Assembly (NCBI GenBank): GCA_018675335.1
Contig: JABGYH010000006.1
Span: 17,464 to 81,463, forward strand
Length of the DNA stretch: 64,000 nt
From: Candidatus Woesearchaeota archaeon
GTDB taxonomy: Archaea; Nanobdellota; Nanobdellia; Woesearchaeales; UBA11576
Direction: 5' to 3'
Shown: positions 28,234 through 39,247 of the stretch, piece by piece
Layout of the letters: each line of letters opens with the position of its first letter
Numbering within the stretch: position 1 is the stretch's first letter
The notes under the pieces: generated by a model
The model's input: only the letters and a program-made list of their open reading frames with translations
The model's database searches: none
Told to the model about the DNA's origin: nothing
Program-made: the position numbers and the translations under genes

Positions 28234-29484
28234 TTAATTTGAACTATTAGAAATCTCGCTTAATCTAAAAACCTTATCATTTGTTCTTGCTTCACGTTCA
28301 AGTAAAATTCCTACGCTTTGACCCTTAGATCCTATTTTAACAGATGTCCCATTAAATTGAATTGATTTAATTTTTTGTTCAAAAACTCCTGATTTATTTC
28401 CTTGAATCATTATAGTATCACCAATTTTCAATTCTTCAGCCAATATTTTAATTTCTGCCACTTGAATTTTTTTATAATAATTTTTAACAAATCCAATAAA
28501 CTCTTTTTTAATTGTAGATTCACTACCATAATTTTTTGTCCACTCATTTAATGGTTTACCAAGATAAAAACCAGTAGAAAATCCCCTATTATAAACAGTT
28601 TTTAATTTACCAACTAATTCTTCTTTTAATTCACCAGAATATTTTCCTTGTGAAATAGCGTCAAGCGCAGATCTATAACAACTAGTAACTAATTTAACAT
28701 ATTCAGGACTTCGACCGCGGCCCTCTATTTTCATAACATCAATAGGTCCAACTAATTTTTCTAAAAATTCAATCGCACATAAATCTTTTGGACTCATAAT
28801 ATAATCTTTTCCTAAAACTAATTCGAATTCTCGATCAATATCTTTAACCAAATATTCTCGTCTACAAGGCTGCAAACAATCTCCCCTATTCGCACTCCGA
28901 TTAAAAATATCTTGAGATAAAAAACATCTCCCACTCACAGAAACACACATCGCGCCATGAACAAAACATTCAACCTCAACATCCAAATTAGATTCAACAA
29001 TTTTTTCTTTAATTTGTTTAATCTGTTCAAAACTAAGTTCTCTTGCGAGAATAACTCTTGTCGCACCTAATTTTACAAATTGTTTTACCGATTCAAAATT
29101 ACTTATTGATGCTTGCGTTGAAACGTGAAAAGGCAATTTAAGTTCAAAACATTTACTTATAACTGAAAAATCCCAACAAATTATTGCATCAATTAAAGCA
29201 TTTTTTGCACAAAGAAGCACTTGATCTAATTTTTTCAATTCCGAATCATAAATTATCGTATTTACACAAAGATTTGCGCGAACATCATGTTCATGACAAA
29301 AACTAACAATTTTGGATAATTCACTTAATTCAAAATTATTCGCATTAACTCGCATATTCAATTCTTTAGTTCCAAAATATACTTCATCACAACCAGATTC
29401 TACTGCGGCCCGCAACATTGGCCAATTAGATACAGGACATAACAATTTAGGAATTCTAATTTTTTTAAGATTTTTTACAACCAT
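28234..29484 (-). CDS. Peptidase U32 family protein (collagenase-like/RlhA/UbiU family)
   Basis: 'GCDEVYFGTKELNMRV', 'ANLCVNTIIYDSEL' and a conserved Cys cluster 'CVSVSGRC...GDCLQPCRREY'. 416 aa. Confidence 0.75.
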   Translation of the reverse strand: MVVKNLKKIRIPKLLCPVSNWPMLRAAVESGCDEVYFGTKELNMRVNANNFELSELSKIVSFCHEHDVRANLCVNTIIYDSELKKLDQVLLCAKNALIDAIICWDFSVISKCFELKLPFHVSTQASISNFESVKQFVKLGATRVILARELSFEQIKQIKEKIVESNLDVEVECFVHGAMCVSVSGRCFLSQDIFNRSANRGDCLQPCRREYLVKDIDREFELVLGKDYIMSPKDLCAIEFLEKLVGPIDVMKIEGRGRSPEYVKLVTSCYRSALDAISQGKYSGELKEELVGKLKTVYNRGFSTGFYLGKPLNEWTKNYGSESTIKKEFIGFVKNYYKKIQVAEIKILAEELKIGDTIMIQGNKSGVFEQKIKSIQFNGTSVKIGSKGQSVGILLEREARTNDKVFRLSEISNSSN

Positions 29485-29636
29485 TCTTAATTTTCCATTT
29501 AGCCCAACTCATTTTTAAACTTTTTTAAATAAAACCTCGACCCGAACTCAAAAATCAACTAAAATAAATAAAAATCAACCAAATTTTAACAAAATTTATA
29601 TACTAAATTGTCATTTTTTATACACAATTTAGACAA

Positions 29637-30608
29637 ATGATAGAAATTAGCACAAAAATTCACAAAGAATTAGCTAAAAATTGTAGAATTTCAGTCTCAA
29701 AACTAGCTCGCGCACTCAATATAAGTCGCGACAAAGCAGAAAATGAAATTAAAAAATTAGAAAAAGAAGAAATAATAAAACAATACACAATAAATCTAAA
29801 TTATAACAAATTAGGATTTGAAACCCACACAATTCTATTAAAATTTAAAAATAGCATAATTGAAAAAGAAATAAACACCGCAGAAAAATTTCTAAAAACA
29901 ACTCAATACATAACAAAAACTCAAAAGCTCAATGGAGAATGGGATTTATTATTACACATAGTATCAAAAAATTCATCAGATTTACACCAAGCAATAAAAC
30001 AAATAAAACAAAATATACCCTTAACTAAATTTAAACTATTAACTATAGTATCCGAATACGAATCAAATTTAGAAACAACTCCCTCAAAAACTCAAACAAA
30101 AAAAACTCAAATTGATTTAAACTTTGCTCAAAAAAAATTCGAATGCGAAAACTATGAATTAGATCAAATTGATTTAAAATTAATCAAAGCATTAAAAGAA
30201 AATTCAAGAGCAAGTATCACCCAAATTTCTAAAACCACCACTCTTAGTCCAAGAATAATAAGTTATCGAATTTCCGAATTAGAAAAAAAACAAATAATAA
30301 ATTATGAAATTAAACTTAATAAAAAACTAAATCCTCAAAAATATTTATTATTTTTTAATTCAAATACTCTTTCTCAAAATACAATTACAGCTCAAATCGC
30401 AATTTCTAAACTATTAAATTTTAACAAAATCACAAAAATTCAAAGCACGATCGGAGATTCAGAATTTATTATAGACATAACTGCAACTGAGTTCTCAGAA
30501 ATAATCAAACTTAACCAACAAATTAATCAAATCACAAATACAGAGAATCTTCAAATTCTCTTAAAATCTGAAAATAAAAATTTCATCAGAACAATCAAAT
30601 CAAAATAA
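29637..30608 (+). CDS. Tandem-duplicated Lrp/AsnC-family transcription regulator (two HTH-RAM units fused)
   Basis: Unit 1: 'KELAKNCRISVSKLARALNISRDKAENEIKKLEKEEIIKQYTINLNYNKLGFE'. Unit 2: 'IKALKENSRASITQISKTTTLSPRIISYRISELEKKQIINYEIKLN'. Confidence 0.55.
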   Translation: MIEISTKIHKELAKNCRISVSKLARALNISRDKAENEIKKLEKEEIIKQYTINLNYNKLGFETHTILLKFKNSIIEKEINTAEKFLKTTQYITKTQKLNGEWDLLLHIVSKNSSDLHQAIKQIKQNIPLTKFKLLTIVSEYESNLETTPSKTQTKKTQIDLNFAQKKFECENYELDQIDLKLIKALKENSRASITQISKTTTLSPRIISYRISELEKKQIINYEIKLNKKLNPQKYLLFFNSNTLSQNTITAQIAISKLLNFNKITKIQSTIGDSEFIIDITATEFSEIIKLNQQINQITNTENLQILLKSENKNFIRTIKSK

Positions 30609-30620
30609 TCAAGATATAAA

Positions 30621-33017
30621 ATGATAACTTTTGAAACATACGGGGCATTTTTAGGAAGTGAAGGACACGTAATGAATCTCCTAAATAGTTTCATCCCCGA
30701 AGAATACAAATTATCTTGGTTAATAATTGCATTCTGCGTAATACTAGCACTATTCGGATTTGAAATTACCAAAAAACATGGATTTTCTAGAGGAGTAATA
30801 TATTTTGTAATATCTTTATTTTTAATCAACTTTTTACTTCCATATTTTCAAGATTACATAATATATGCCTGCGCATTTGGAATTACTCTACACTTAGTAC
30901 TTAATTTTAGATATATGCGTAAAACAAATGTGATCATACATTTTATTTTTTTATGGATACTTAGCGCATCATTATTCGGCAATGTACTCGTTTTAGCAAT
31001 TAGTGCAGTAATCTTTTTTATTTTAGGTTGGATTTTAAGCAAGACTCACGGATCAAAAATGTGGGGGTCACCAAATGAACTTGCAATGATTAAACGACAT
31101 GGCTTTGATTATAATGATGCAATGATTGCTGCAAAAAAACAAATTGGAATTTTAAGAGATGCAGACGCACGAAGCCATAACTCACTCAAACCTGGATTTG
31201 AAAAAGATGTCATTAACGATACAGAAAAAGGATTTCAGAATTTAGGTCGGTTTGAACTTGATGAAATATCAACTCAAATTCACACAATGGCACTTGCTGC
31301 AAGTGGAGAAGATATTGCAAACTCAGAAGCTAGAATGATGAATGCAGAGGCGCAATTAGAAAAAAAAGAATTAGGAATTGAAGGTTCACTTGATCAAACA
31401 TCTCAATCAATAATATCCCAAGCAAAAAAAATATTAAATGCAACTTCTCGTTCTGAAGCAATCGAACTTACAAAAAATGTTTTAGTTCAAGGCATAAAAA
31501 AATTATTATCAAACTTATACGATTTAGTAGCAAATCAAGATCATATGGAAAAATATAGAGAAGATGGATTAAAAAATCTTCAAAGTGCAAATTCAGTAAT
31601 TAAAGAAAGTGCACAAAATACAAGACAATTACAACGCGAAGCAGATAAAATTAATGATAGATTAAGTAAAGTTGGCCTTAAAGAAATTTGGAAAGTCAGA
31701 CATGAAGTTAGAAAAAGATTAGCTAAATTCATATTAAATTTTATTTTGACAGTGTTTTGGGGCATAACTTTTGCACTTGGATCGATATTAAGACTCATCG
31801 GTTTGACTGAAGTTCCATTCAGACTTTTAGGGCGAGGAATAATGAGCTTAGGCAGATTAATATACATACCAGTAGTCGCATTAGTTGTTGCAATAATAGG
31901 GTTAATTGCAGCAGGAATAGGACTATATTTTTATTTATCTAGCGGCACTGGTTGGATGTCGTTTATTGGCGCAATTATTGTTTTTGGATTATTTTTATTA
32001 GTTCCTATTGGCGGAATAATTATGGGAATTTCATATCCTATGAAAATCATAAGAACTATTGGAGAGAAAATATTTAATAAAGCAAAAACTAAAGTAGCTG
32101 AAAAATCAAAACTAGCAAAACAATATGGTAAAGAATATGCTCAGATGAGAATAGAATTAACCAAAATTAACATGATGAAACATGCGTTATGGTTAGTTAA
32201 AAGAAAACAAAAAAAACTCATTCATTGGATAGAAAATAAAGCAAAAGAAATAATTACAATTGAAAAAGAATCTGAAAAATTACAACACACCTTATATGCA
32301 AATGAAAAACACTACCAGCAAGATTTGAAAAAAGCTCATGAAGCAACAACTGGATTTCAAAGATTTTATAGCTGGGTCATTTCAAAAGCAGATCAAACAC
32401 TCCCTCAAGAAATTATGAATGAAACTAATGGCCACATAAATAATATATTTACAAGCATTACTCAAATTTGTGAAAGAGCAATTGATGAAAATAAAAATAT
32501 AATTTTTCCTTTCATTAAAAATACTGCAAAGATTTTAAAGGATGCGTGGGGAATTGAAAGTGCAAAAAAATATTGTGATCGCGCAGTACAAAAATTAGAA
32601 CAAGGATATTCTCAATTAGATCAGATGTGTCTTGCAGTTGCAGGAGGAGGAAAAGCACAAAAAGTTATTAATTTTCAAGATTTTATTGCAAAAGAAGGAG
32701 AAATTAGCAATAAATTTGCAGCAAGAGCAAATAAAGGCGTGGATAATCATTTCAATCGCGCACACAAAGATGTCATGAAAGCAGTTGAAGCAACAAAAGA
32801 ACAGACTGCTTATTTAGAAAAAGAAAAACAAGGAATGGACTTACGACGCCAAACAGTATTAAACTCAATAGCGCATGTATCAGACGTATTAGTCAAACAT
32901 GAGACAAAGATCCATAAAGAGTTTACAAAAGATATGGCTAGTGCAATGAAAGGCGTTACAAAAGCAAGTCAAGGAGTTTCAAGAGCTCAAAAAATGGCTA
33001 GCGCAAGAGCAGCTTAA
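30621..33017 (+). CDS. Large membrane protein with two TM clusters separated by long coiled-coil regions; function unknown
   Basis: N-terminal TM block, then about 200 aa of coiled-coil. A second TM block at residues ~360-470. A C-terminal ~330 aa helical domain. Confidence 0.4.
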   Translation: MITFETYGAFLGSEGHVMNLLNSFIPEEYKLSWLIIAFCVILALFGFEITKKHGFSRGVIYFVISLFLINFLLPYFQDYIIYACAFGITLHLVLNFRYMRKTNVIIHFIFLWILSASLFGNVLVLAISAVIFFILGWILSKTHGSKMWGSPNELAMIKRHGFDYNDAMIAAKKQIGILRDADARSHNSLKPGFEKDVINDTEKGFQNLGRFELDEISTQIHTMALAASGEDIANSEARMMNAEAQLEKKELGIEGSLDQTSQSIISQAKKILNATSRSEAIELTKNVLVQGIKKLLSNLYDLVANQDHMEKYREDGLKNLQSANSVIKESAQNTRQLQREADKINDRLSKVGLKEIWKVRHEVRKRLAKFILNFILTVFWGITFALGSILRLIGLTEVPFRLLGRGIMSLGRLIYIPVVALVVAIIGLIAAGIGLYFYLSSGTGWMSFIGAIIVFGLFLLVPIGGIIMGISYPMKIIRTIGEKIFNKAKTKVAEKSKLAKQYGKEYAQMRIELTKINMMKHALWLVKRKQKKLIHWIENKAKEIITIEKESEKLQHTLYANEKHYQQDLKKAHEATTGFQRFYSWVISKADQTLPQEIMNETNGHINNIFTSITQICERAIDENKNIIFPFIKNTAKILKDAWGIESAKKYCDRAVQKLEQGYSQLDQMCLAVAGGGKAQKVINFQDFIAKEGEISNKFAARANKGVDNHFNRAHKDVMKAVEATKEQTAYLEKEKQGMDLRRQTVLNSIAHVSDVLVKHETKIHKEFTKDMASAMKGVTKASQGVSRAQKMASARAA

Positions 33018-33174
33018 TAAAACAAAATAATAGTGCCAAAATCATAAAAACAAAAAAATAACAACCAAATACCCAAGAAAAACAAATTAGTTACAAAAGA
33101 AAAACAAACAATTACAAAATAAGAACAAAAAAATAACAACAATAATAAAATACAAAAAACAAACAAGAATTTAA

Positions 33175-34107
33175 TTATTCTAAAAATTCTATGTCATCAA
33201 CTATTCCATCACTATCTAAATCTACACCTTCAACTACTTTTGCTAAAATTTTACGTTTGTAAATATTGCCTGCACGCACTTCTTTAAAATTTTTCAAAAA
33301 AGCGATTATTGCAGCGCGAGTTCCAGAGTATCTTTTTCCAGCAACAACCAATATTTTTTTATCATTAGCAAATGGATTATCACATTTCACAATAATTCCC
33401 GTTTCATCACTAACATATTCTTTTTTAGATATTTTTGAAAAAACTACCTTTTCTTTAAACCGAACTGGCAAATAATCATTAAATTTAGCCATAGTTTTAT
33501 TGACTATTGGACCGCCAATAATTATTAAATTTTGTTTTAAATCAACTTCGCGCGTTTCAGTATCTAATTTAACATTATAACCAGGCACATAATTTAGAAA
33601 TGTTCCTAAAAATAATGCTAAATCCATCCCATAATATCCATCTCTACTCCTAGCTTTATCAGGACCATGCGGATCAGGACTTCCAACAATAATTAACGCA
33701 TCAAGTTTACCATCAACGATAAATGGTTCTAAAAAAGAATGTGCATCACTACTAATTTTAGAAAATTTTTGAGTTTCATCAAATTCTTTAAATCTCAAAA
33801 CAAATGCAGGTTCAGATAATTGATAATATCTTGCAGTAGCCCCTTGTTTATTTTCTTCAAAAACAACCTTAACAAAACCATTTTGTTCGAGCTTTCTGAT
33901 ATGATAATATATTTTCTGTTCATGCTGTTTTAATTTTTTTGCAATTTGTGCAGGATACAAAGGAGTGATCGCAATAGTTTTCATTATATCTAAAGCTAAT
34001 TGAGAGATATTTTTAGCACCTTCAATACTTATTTCCTTAACAGGAAGAGAATACAACATTTCTTTCTTTTGATTCACTAAAAACATACAACCCCCTAACA
34101 AAACCAC
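33175..34107 (-). CDS. Winged-HTH DNA-binding protein with C-terminal uncharacterised domain
   Basis: 'IAKKLKQHEQKIYYHIRKLEQNGFVKVVFEENKQGATARYYQLSEP' is a wHTH. Start may be the internal Met 'MLYSLPV'. Confidence 0.4.
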   Translation of the reverse strand: MVLLGGCMFLVNQKKEMLYSLPVKEISIEGAKNISQLALDIMKTIAITPLYPAQIAKKLKQHEQKIYYHIRKLEQNGFVKVVFEENKQGATARYYQLSEPAFVLRFKEFDETQKFSKISSDAHSFLEPFIVDGKLDALIIVGSPDPHGPDKARSRDGYYGMDLALFLGTFLNYVPGYNVKLDTETREVDLKQNLIIIGGPIVNKTMAKFNDYLPVRFKEKVVFSKISKKEYVSDETGIIVKCDNPFANDKKILVVAGKRYSGTRAAIIAFLKNFKEVRAGNIYKRKILAKVVEGVDLDSDGIVDDIEFLE

Positions 34108-34200
34108 TAAAAATATTTTTTTAGCAATACAAAGACTATTTTAATAACACTTATATATAAAACTTTCTCAAACAAACACTTCACAAAAAAATCAACATAA

Positions 34201-34240
34201 CAAACAAAACACAACACAAACACAACACAAACACAACAAC
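34201..34240. repeat. Simple sequence repeat (CACAACACAAA)n in a divergent promoter region
   Basis: 'caaacaaaacacaacacaaacacaacacaaacacaacaac'. Confidence 0.4.
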
Positions 34241-34270
34241 AAAAAATAAAAATAACTAACGGTGATAGAA

Positions 34271-36019
34271 ATGTGCGGAATAATAGGGTATATGGGCGAA
34301 GAAGCTGCACTCCCAATAATAATAGAAGGTTTACAAAAATTAGAATATAGAGGATATGATTCTTTTGGATTTGCAATAGAAAACGATTTACATATTCAAA
34401 CTCAAAAATTTATTGGATCCATAACTGAAAATAAAAGTTTAATTTCAAACATAACTGGTAACACAGGTATAGGTCATACAAGATGGGCGACACATGGACC
34501 AGTTTGTAAAAAAAATGCACACCCACACCTAAGTTCAAATAAAAAATTTATAATTGTCCACAATGGAATAATTGAAAATTTCGAAGAAATTAAATCAAAT
34601 CTTAACAAAAAAGGATTCGAATTTTATGGAGATACAGACACAGAAGTAATAGCAAAATTAATAGAAGAAAAATATAACCAATGTCAAAATGTCAAACAAG
34701 CAATTCAACAATCATTAGATTTAATTAAAGGTGCTTATGCAATTGCAGTAGTTAATGAAATAAATCCCAACAACATTTTTTTAGCTTGTAAAGATGCACC
34801 GTTAAAATTAGGGATATCTGATACTGGAATATATTTTGCTTCAGATCCAATAGGATTTTTACGCCACACAAATCAAGTAATAACTTTAGAAGACAATGAT
34901 TTCGTCGAGATCAATAATAAAACTTACACAATAACCAATAATGGAGAAGTTATTCAACGAAATATAAATAATATAGAATGGCAACAAAAAACCGCTGAAA
35001 AAAATGATTTTAATCATTTTATGTTAAAAGAAATTCATGAACAATCAAAAAATTTAAAAAATGTTTTTCAAAATTCAAATACCACAATTAATAATATTAA
35101 ACAACTACTAAAAAACGCAAGAAGAGTTTTAATAATTGGTTGTGGAACTGCATATCATGCAGGACTTGTTCTAAAAAATAAGTTACTCTCAAAAGGAATT
35201 ATTGCAGAATCAATAATTGCATCAGAGTTTGAACAATATAAAACGCTAACAAAAGATGATGTTATTGTTACTTTTTCTCAGAGTGGCGAAACTGCAGATC
35301 TTTTAGAAGTCCTAAAAAATATTAAAAAAGAAAAAAAGTGCAAAGTAATCACAATAACTAATGTAGTGCAATCAACAATAACTAGATTTAGTGATGAAGT
35401 TATATACCTCAATCAAGGACCTGAAATTGGCGTTGCATCAACAAAAGCATACACAGGAATGATTGCAGCAATCGAATTACTAATTTGTGAAAATCCTCTT
35501 GATTTCCAAACACAAATAATCAAGCAACAAGAAATAATAGCCCAAATAATTTCAAAGCAAAAAAAACAACTCAAAATTATTAGTGAAAAATTAGTCGCCG
35601 CACAAGATATTTATCTTATTGGTAGAGGGAAAAATTTAGTTACTGCTCTTGAAGGCGCGCTAAAAATCAAAGAAATTTCTTATATTCATTCTGAAGGAAT
35701 GGCTGCAGGAGAACTTAAACATGGAACGCTTGCATTAATTGAAAAAGGAGTTCCCGTAATAGTTATAGCCCCAACAGATGAGAAATTTGCAGAAACAATT
35801 TCAAATGCACTTGAAATAAAAAGCAGAGGTGGAAAAATTATTGGAATTAGTGACAAACCAAACAATGCATTTGATGAATTCATAGAAATTCCAAAAACTA
35901 AATTTCAAGAAATAACTACAATTATTCCATTGCAAATGATTGCATACAATCTTGCGATTAAAAAAGGATTCAATCCAGATAAACCAAGAAATCTTGCAAA
36001 AAGTGTAACAGTAAAATAA
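34271..36019 (+). CDS. glmS: Glutamine--fructose-6-phosphate aminotransferase (isomerising)
   Basis: 'MCGIIGY' N-terminal Cys nucleophile plus SIS domains. Start is taken at the ATG giving Met-Cys (GGTGA RBS), not the upstream GTG of the ORF track. Confidence 0.9.
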   Translation: MCGIIGYMGEEAALPIIIEGLQKLEYRGYDSFGFAIENDLHIQTQKFIGSITENKSLISNITGNTGIGHTRWATHGPVCKKNAHPHLSSNKKFIIVHNGIIENFEEIKSNLNKKGFEFYGDTDTEVIAKLIEEKYNQCQNVKQAIQQSLDLIKGAYAIAVVNEINPNNIFLACKDAPLKLGISDTGIYFASDPIGFLRHTNQVITLEDNDFVEINNKTYTITNNGEVIQRNINNIEWQQKTAEKNDFNHFMLKEIHEQSKNLKNVFQNSNTTINNIKQLLKNARRVLIIGCGTAYHAGLVLKNKLLSKGIIAESIIASEFEQYKTLTKDDVIVTFSQSGETADLLEVLKNIKKEKKCKVITITNVVQSTITRFSDEVIYLNQGPEIGVASTKAYTGMIAAIELLICENPLDFQTQIIKQQEIIAQIISKQKKQLKIISEKLVAAQDIYLIGRGKNLVTALEGALKIKEISYIHSEGMAAGELKHGTLALIEKGVPVIVIAPTDEKFAETISNALEIKSRGGKIIGISDKPNNAFDEFIEIPKTKFQEITTIIPLQMIAYNLAIKKGFNPDKPRNLAKSVTVK

Positions 36020-36084
36020 AAACCAACTAAACAATCAATAAAAATAAAAAAGCAACATATTATTTTAAATTATTAATTTTTGTA

Positions 36085-37182
36085 TTATTTAAATTTTTTA
36101 TTATCTTCTTTTTTTAATCTTAAAACCGAAACATGTTTTTCTATTTTTTGTAACGCAATCAATACATCATCCTCAAACAATACCAAATCAAAGTTTTTAT
36201 CCTTAAAAAAATGTTCATATTTGATATCATAATAATCTTTTAATAAAATTTTCAATCCGGCAGTAATTTTATCAGGTTCATACGAAGAAATTAAAGAAAT
36301 TATTTCTAAAACTTTATTTTTACCCATTATTTTTACAAATAACTGGGAATTTTTAGTAATTTCAACAAATTCATTAATTTTATTTTTATTGTCACAATAA
36401 TCATCTAAAAATCTTTGAGCTCGTCTGTCAAGAGACGCATCAAGTCTTATTTGAACTCCAGATTTAAATAGTGCATAAAAAAAATCAGGAATTACAACTC
36501 GCCCAATACGCTTACTTTCTCCTTCAACTAAAATATAATCCACATCTTTTAATTCTTCAATTTTGTCAAGAAATATTGCTTCAAATAATTTTTGAGATCT
36601 TGGTTTAAAACCGAGTGCACCATAAACACTACTTCTATGTTGAGCAATGCCTTCTAAATCAATCATATGGAGATTAGTTTTGTTTAACAATTCAGTTTTC
36701 CCACTCAATCCCATCCCATAAATAATGATAAGTCTGGGTTTCAACTTATAAGAACTAATTTTTTTTCTTACAAAATGACGATATGCCTTAACTCCTTTTT
36801 CTAATTGAAAAACATCAAATCCATTCATTTCAAGAAATTGTACAACTGATTTTGAACGAAGACCTCCTCTCCAACAATAAATAATTATTTTTTTTTGTTT
36901 AAATTTAGAAAAAGTTAATAACAAATCATCCAATTTAGGTTCTACAAATTCAAGTCCTTTCTCAATAGCAAGATTAAGTCCACTTTTAGTAAATATTGTG
37001 CCAACTTCTGCACGTTCCAAATCATCTAAAATAGGTATGTTTATTGATCCTGGAATTCTATCTAATTCCCATTCAGAGGGACTCCTTACATCAACTAAAA
37101 CATAATCATCTTGTTTTTTAACCTCAAAAACAAAACTTGCTTTAATTGTTTTAAATTTTTTATTTATTTTAAAAAAATGCAT
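36085..37182 (-). CDS. selU: tRNA 2-selenouridine/geranyl-2-thiouridine synthase (SelU/MnmH family: rhodanese plus P-loop)
   Basis: Rhodanese active site 'IIYCWRGGLRSKS' matches the SelU CxRGGxRS motif. Walker A 'IIYGMGLSGKTELL'. Confidence 0.65.
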   Translation of the reverse strand: MHFFKINKKFKTIKASFVFEVKKQDDYVLVDVRSPSEWELDRIPGSINIPILDDLERAEVGTIFTKSGLNLAIEKGLEFVEPKLDDLLLTFSKFKQKKIIIYCWRGGLRSKSVVQFLEMNGFDVFQLEKGVKAYRHFVRKKISSYKLKPRLIIIYGMGLSGKTELLNKTNLHMIDLEGIAQHRSSVYGALGFKPRSQKLFEAIFLDKIEELKDVDYILVEGESKRIGRVVIPDFFYALFKSGVQIRLDASLDRRAQRFLDDYCDNKNKINEFVEITKNSQLFVKIMGKNKVLEIISLISSYEPDKITAGLKILLKDYYDIKYEHFFKDKNFDLVLFEDDVLIALQKIEKHVSVLRLKKEDNKKFK

Positions 37183-37210
37183 AATAAAGAAATAAACTCT
37201 TCACTCAAGA

Positions 37211-38917
37211 TTACATTTCTTCTGGCGCTTCAATAGCTAACAGATGTAATCCTTCTTTTAATATTATTTTTGTTGATTCAACTAAACGGATTCTTGCAGC
37301 AGTTAATTTTTTATCATCACTAATCACTTGACATTTATGATAAAACTCATTAAACATTTGTGACAATTGTATCAAAAACTGCGCCATCATACTAGGTTTA
37401 TGACTTTTTGCAGCATCGAGTATTACTTGAGGAAATGTGCCTAATTGTTTTACCAAATTAAATGCAGACTCTGATTCTAAAAGGGAATAATCAATATCAG
37501 TTTCAACCGCACAATCATATTTTCGCAAAATAGAACAACATCGTGCGTATGCATATTGAACATAAGGCCCAGTTTCTCCTTCAAAACTTATTGATTCTTT
37601 CGGATCATATACCATGTCTTTATGTGAATCAATTTTTAGTATAAAAAATCGCAAAGCTCCTTGAGCAATTTTTATGGCGCGAGAATTAATTTCTTCTTCA
37701 CTTAATTCTTTATGTCGCTTAACAATTTCAGTTCGAGCCATCTGTTCTAATTGATCAAGTAATTCATCTGCATCAACTACTGTTCCTTCTCGAGATTTCA
37801 TCTTACCATCAGGTAAATTAACCATCCCATATGCCATATGATACAAATTTTTTGCAAATTTAAACCCAATTTTTTCAAGAACTTCAAATAAAACTTTAAA
37901 ATGATAATTTTGTTCGGTTGCAACAACATAAATTATTTTATCCATATCATAATCTTCATATCTTGCTTTTGCAGTAGAAATATCTTGAGTTACGTAAACA
38001 GACGTTCCATCTGCTCTTAATAGTACTTTTTCACCATATCCCTCTTTGGTTAAATCAATAATAATGCAACCGTCGGAATTTTTAGTAAACAAGCCATTTT
38101 CAAACCCTTCAATCACAATCTGTTTTCCTCGCTCGTATTGATCGCTTTCAAAATATGATTTTTCTGCAACAAAATTTAATCTCGCGTAAGTTTGATTCAT
38201 TCCATCTAATGACCATTTTTTCATTTTTGCCCATAATGCTCTAACTTCCGGATCGCCAGCTTCCCATTTTCTTAGCATTTCTCTTGCTTCCTCTTCAAGT
38301 TCAGGCATTTCTTTTAATTTTTGGGAATACAAAACATAATATTTCCCAACAAAATGATCTGTTTTAACATCTGGTTCTTGATTGTTCCCAAATTTTTGAT
38401 ATGCAAGCATAGATTTACAAATATGAATTCCACGATCATTAACAATATCTACGTGAGTAACAGAATTTCCTGATTTTTTTAAAATATTAATAATACTCGC
38501 ACCCAAGAATACATTTCTTAAATGTCCCAAATGTAGAGGTTTATTGGTATTTGGTCCAGGACTCTCAACTAAAATTTTACTTGATAAATTTCCAGTACCA
38601 AAATTTTCTTTTTGATCCTGTATTTTTTTAATTAATGAATTTATAAGTTGAGTTTTATTAACGAAGAAATTTAAATATGGCCCGACATTTTTCACACTAG
38701 ATAATAATTCATTTTTTTCAAGATTAATTTTTTTAACTAATTCTTCTGAAATAGCTTGTGGTGCTTTTTTAAATTTTGCAGCCAAAGAAAAACATGGAAC
38801 TGCATAATCACCCAGTTTAGTATCAGGAGGTATTTCTATTAAACTTAATTCTACGCAAATCTCATTTTGTTTCAATATTTTCTGTATCTCTTGTTTGAAT
38901 AAGTCCATTTGAATCAC
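37211..38917 (-). CDS. argS: Arginyl-tRNA synthetase
   Basis: 'PNTNKPLHLGHLRN' HIGH motif, 'KMKSREG' KMSK-like motif and DALR anticodon-binding C-terminus. 568 aa. Confidence 0.9.
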   Translation of the reverse strand: MIQMDLFKQEIQKILKQNEICVELSLIEIPPDTKLGDYAVPCFSLAAKFKKAPQAISEELVKKINLEKNELLSSVKNVGPYLNFFVNKTQLINSLIKKIQDQKENFGTGNLSSKILVESPGPNTNKPLHLGHLRNVFLGASIINILKKSGNSVTHVDIVNDRGIHICKSMLAYQKFGNNQEPDVKTDHFVGKYYVLYSQKLKEMPELEEEAREMLRKWEAGDPEVRALWAKMKKWSLDGMNQTYARLNFVAEKSYFESDQYERGKQIVIEGFENGLFTKNSDGCIIIDLTKEGYGEKVLLRADGTSVYVTQDISTAKARYEDYDMDKIIYVVATEQNYHFKVLFEVLEKIGFKFAKNLYHMAYGMVNLPDGKMKSREGTVVDADELLDQLEQMARTEIVKRHKELSEEEINSRAIKIAQGALRFFILKIDSHKDMVYDPKESISFEGETGPYVQYAYARCCSILRKYDCAVETDIDYSLLESESAFNLVKQLGTFPQVILDAAKSHKPSMMAQFLIQLSQMFNEFYHKCQVISDDKKLTAARIRLVESTKIILKEGLHLLAIEAPEEM

Positions 38918-38950
38918 TAGTCTTAATTAAAATAAAATTAAATTTTTAAA

Positions 38951-39247
38951 TTATTGTTTTTTCTTTGTATGTTTTGGTACGTGCGCAGCAGAATGTGTTT
39001 GGTGCGCAGGATGTGTTGAATGAATTTGATGATTAGGAGATTGCATTTTATCATTTACTTGTTTTAATTCATGTTTAATTTCCACAAGTAATTGAGTAAG
39101 TTGTTTATATTCTTTAAATCTTAAATATAACAAAATTAAGTATACTCCAAAGATTCCCCCAATTAACCCACTTAGTACTTTAGTAAAAAGTCCTATAGTT
39201 CTTGTTAACGGCTCAAACATTGCACCAAAAATTCCTGATGGATCCAT
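38951..39247 (-). CDS. Small membrane protein with His-rich C-terminus
   Basis: One TM ('LIGGIFGVYLILLYL'). C-terminus 'HQIHSTHPAHQTHSAAHVPKHTKKKQ'. Confidence 0.35.
   Translation of the reverse strand: MDPSGIFGAMFEPLTRTIGLFTKVLSGLIGGIFGVYLILLYLRFKEYKQLTQLLVEIKHELKQVNDKMQSPNHQIHSTHPAHQTHSAAHVPKHTKKKQ

Noticed and set aside
34201-34240. Short CA-rich tandem repeats considered as a CRISPR-like array
   Set aside because: The unit is about 11 nt with no spacers and no cas genes nearby. It is a simple microsatellite in a promoter region.
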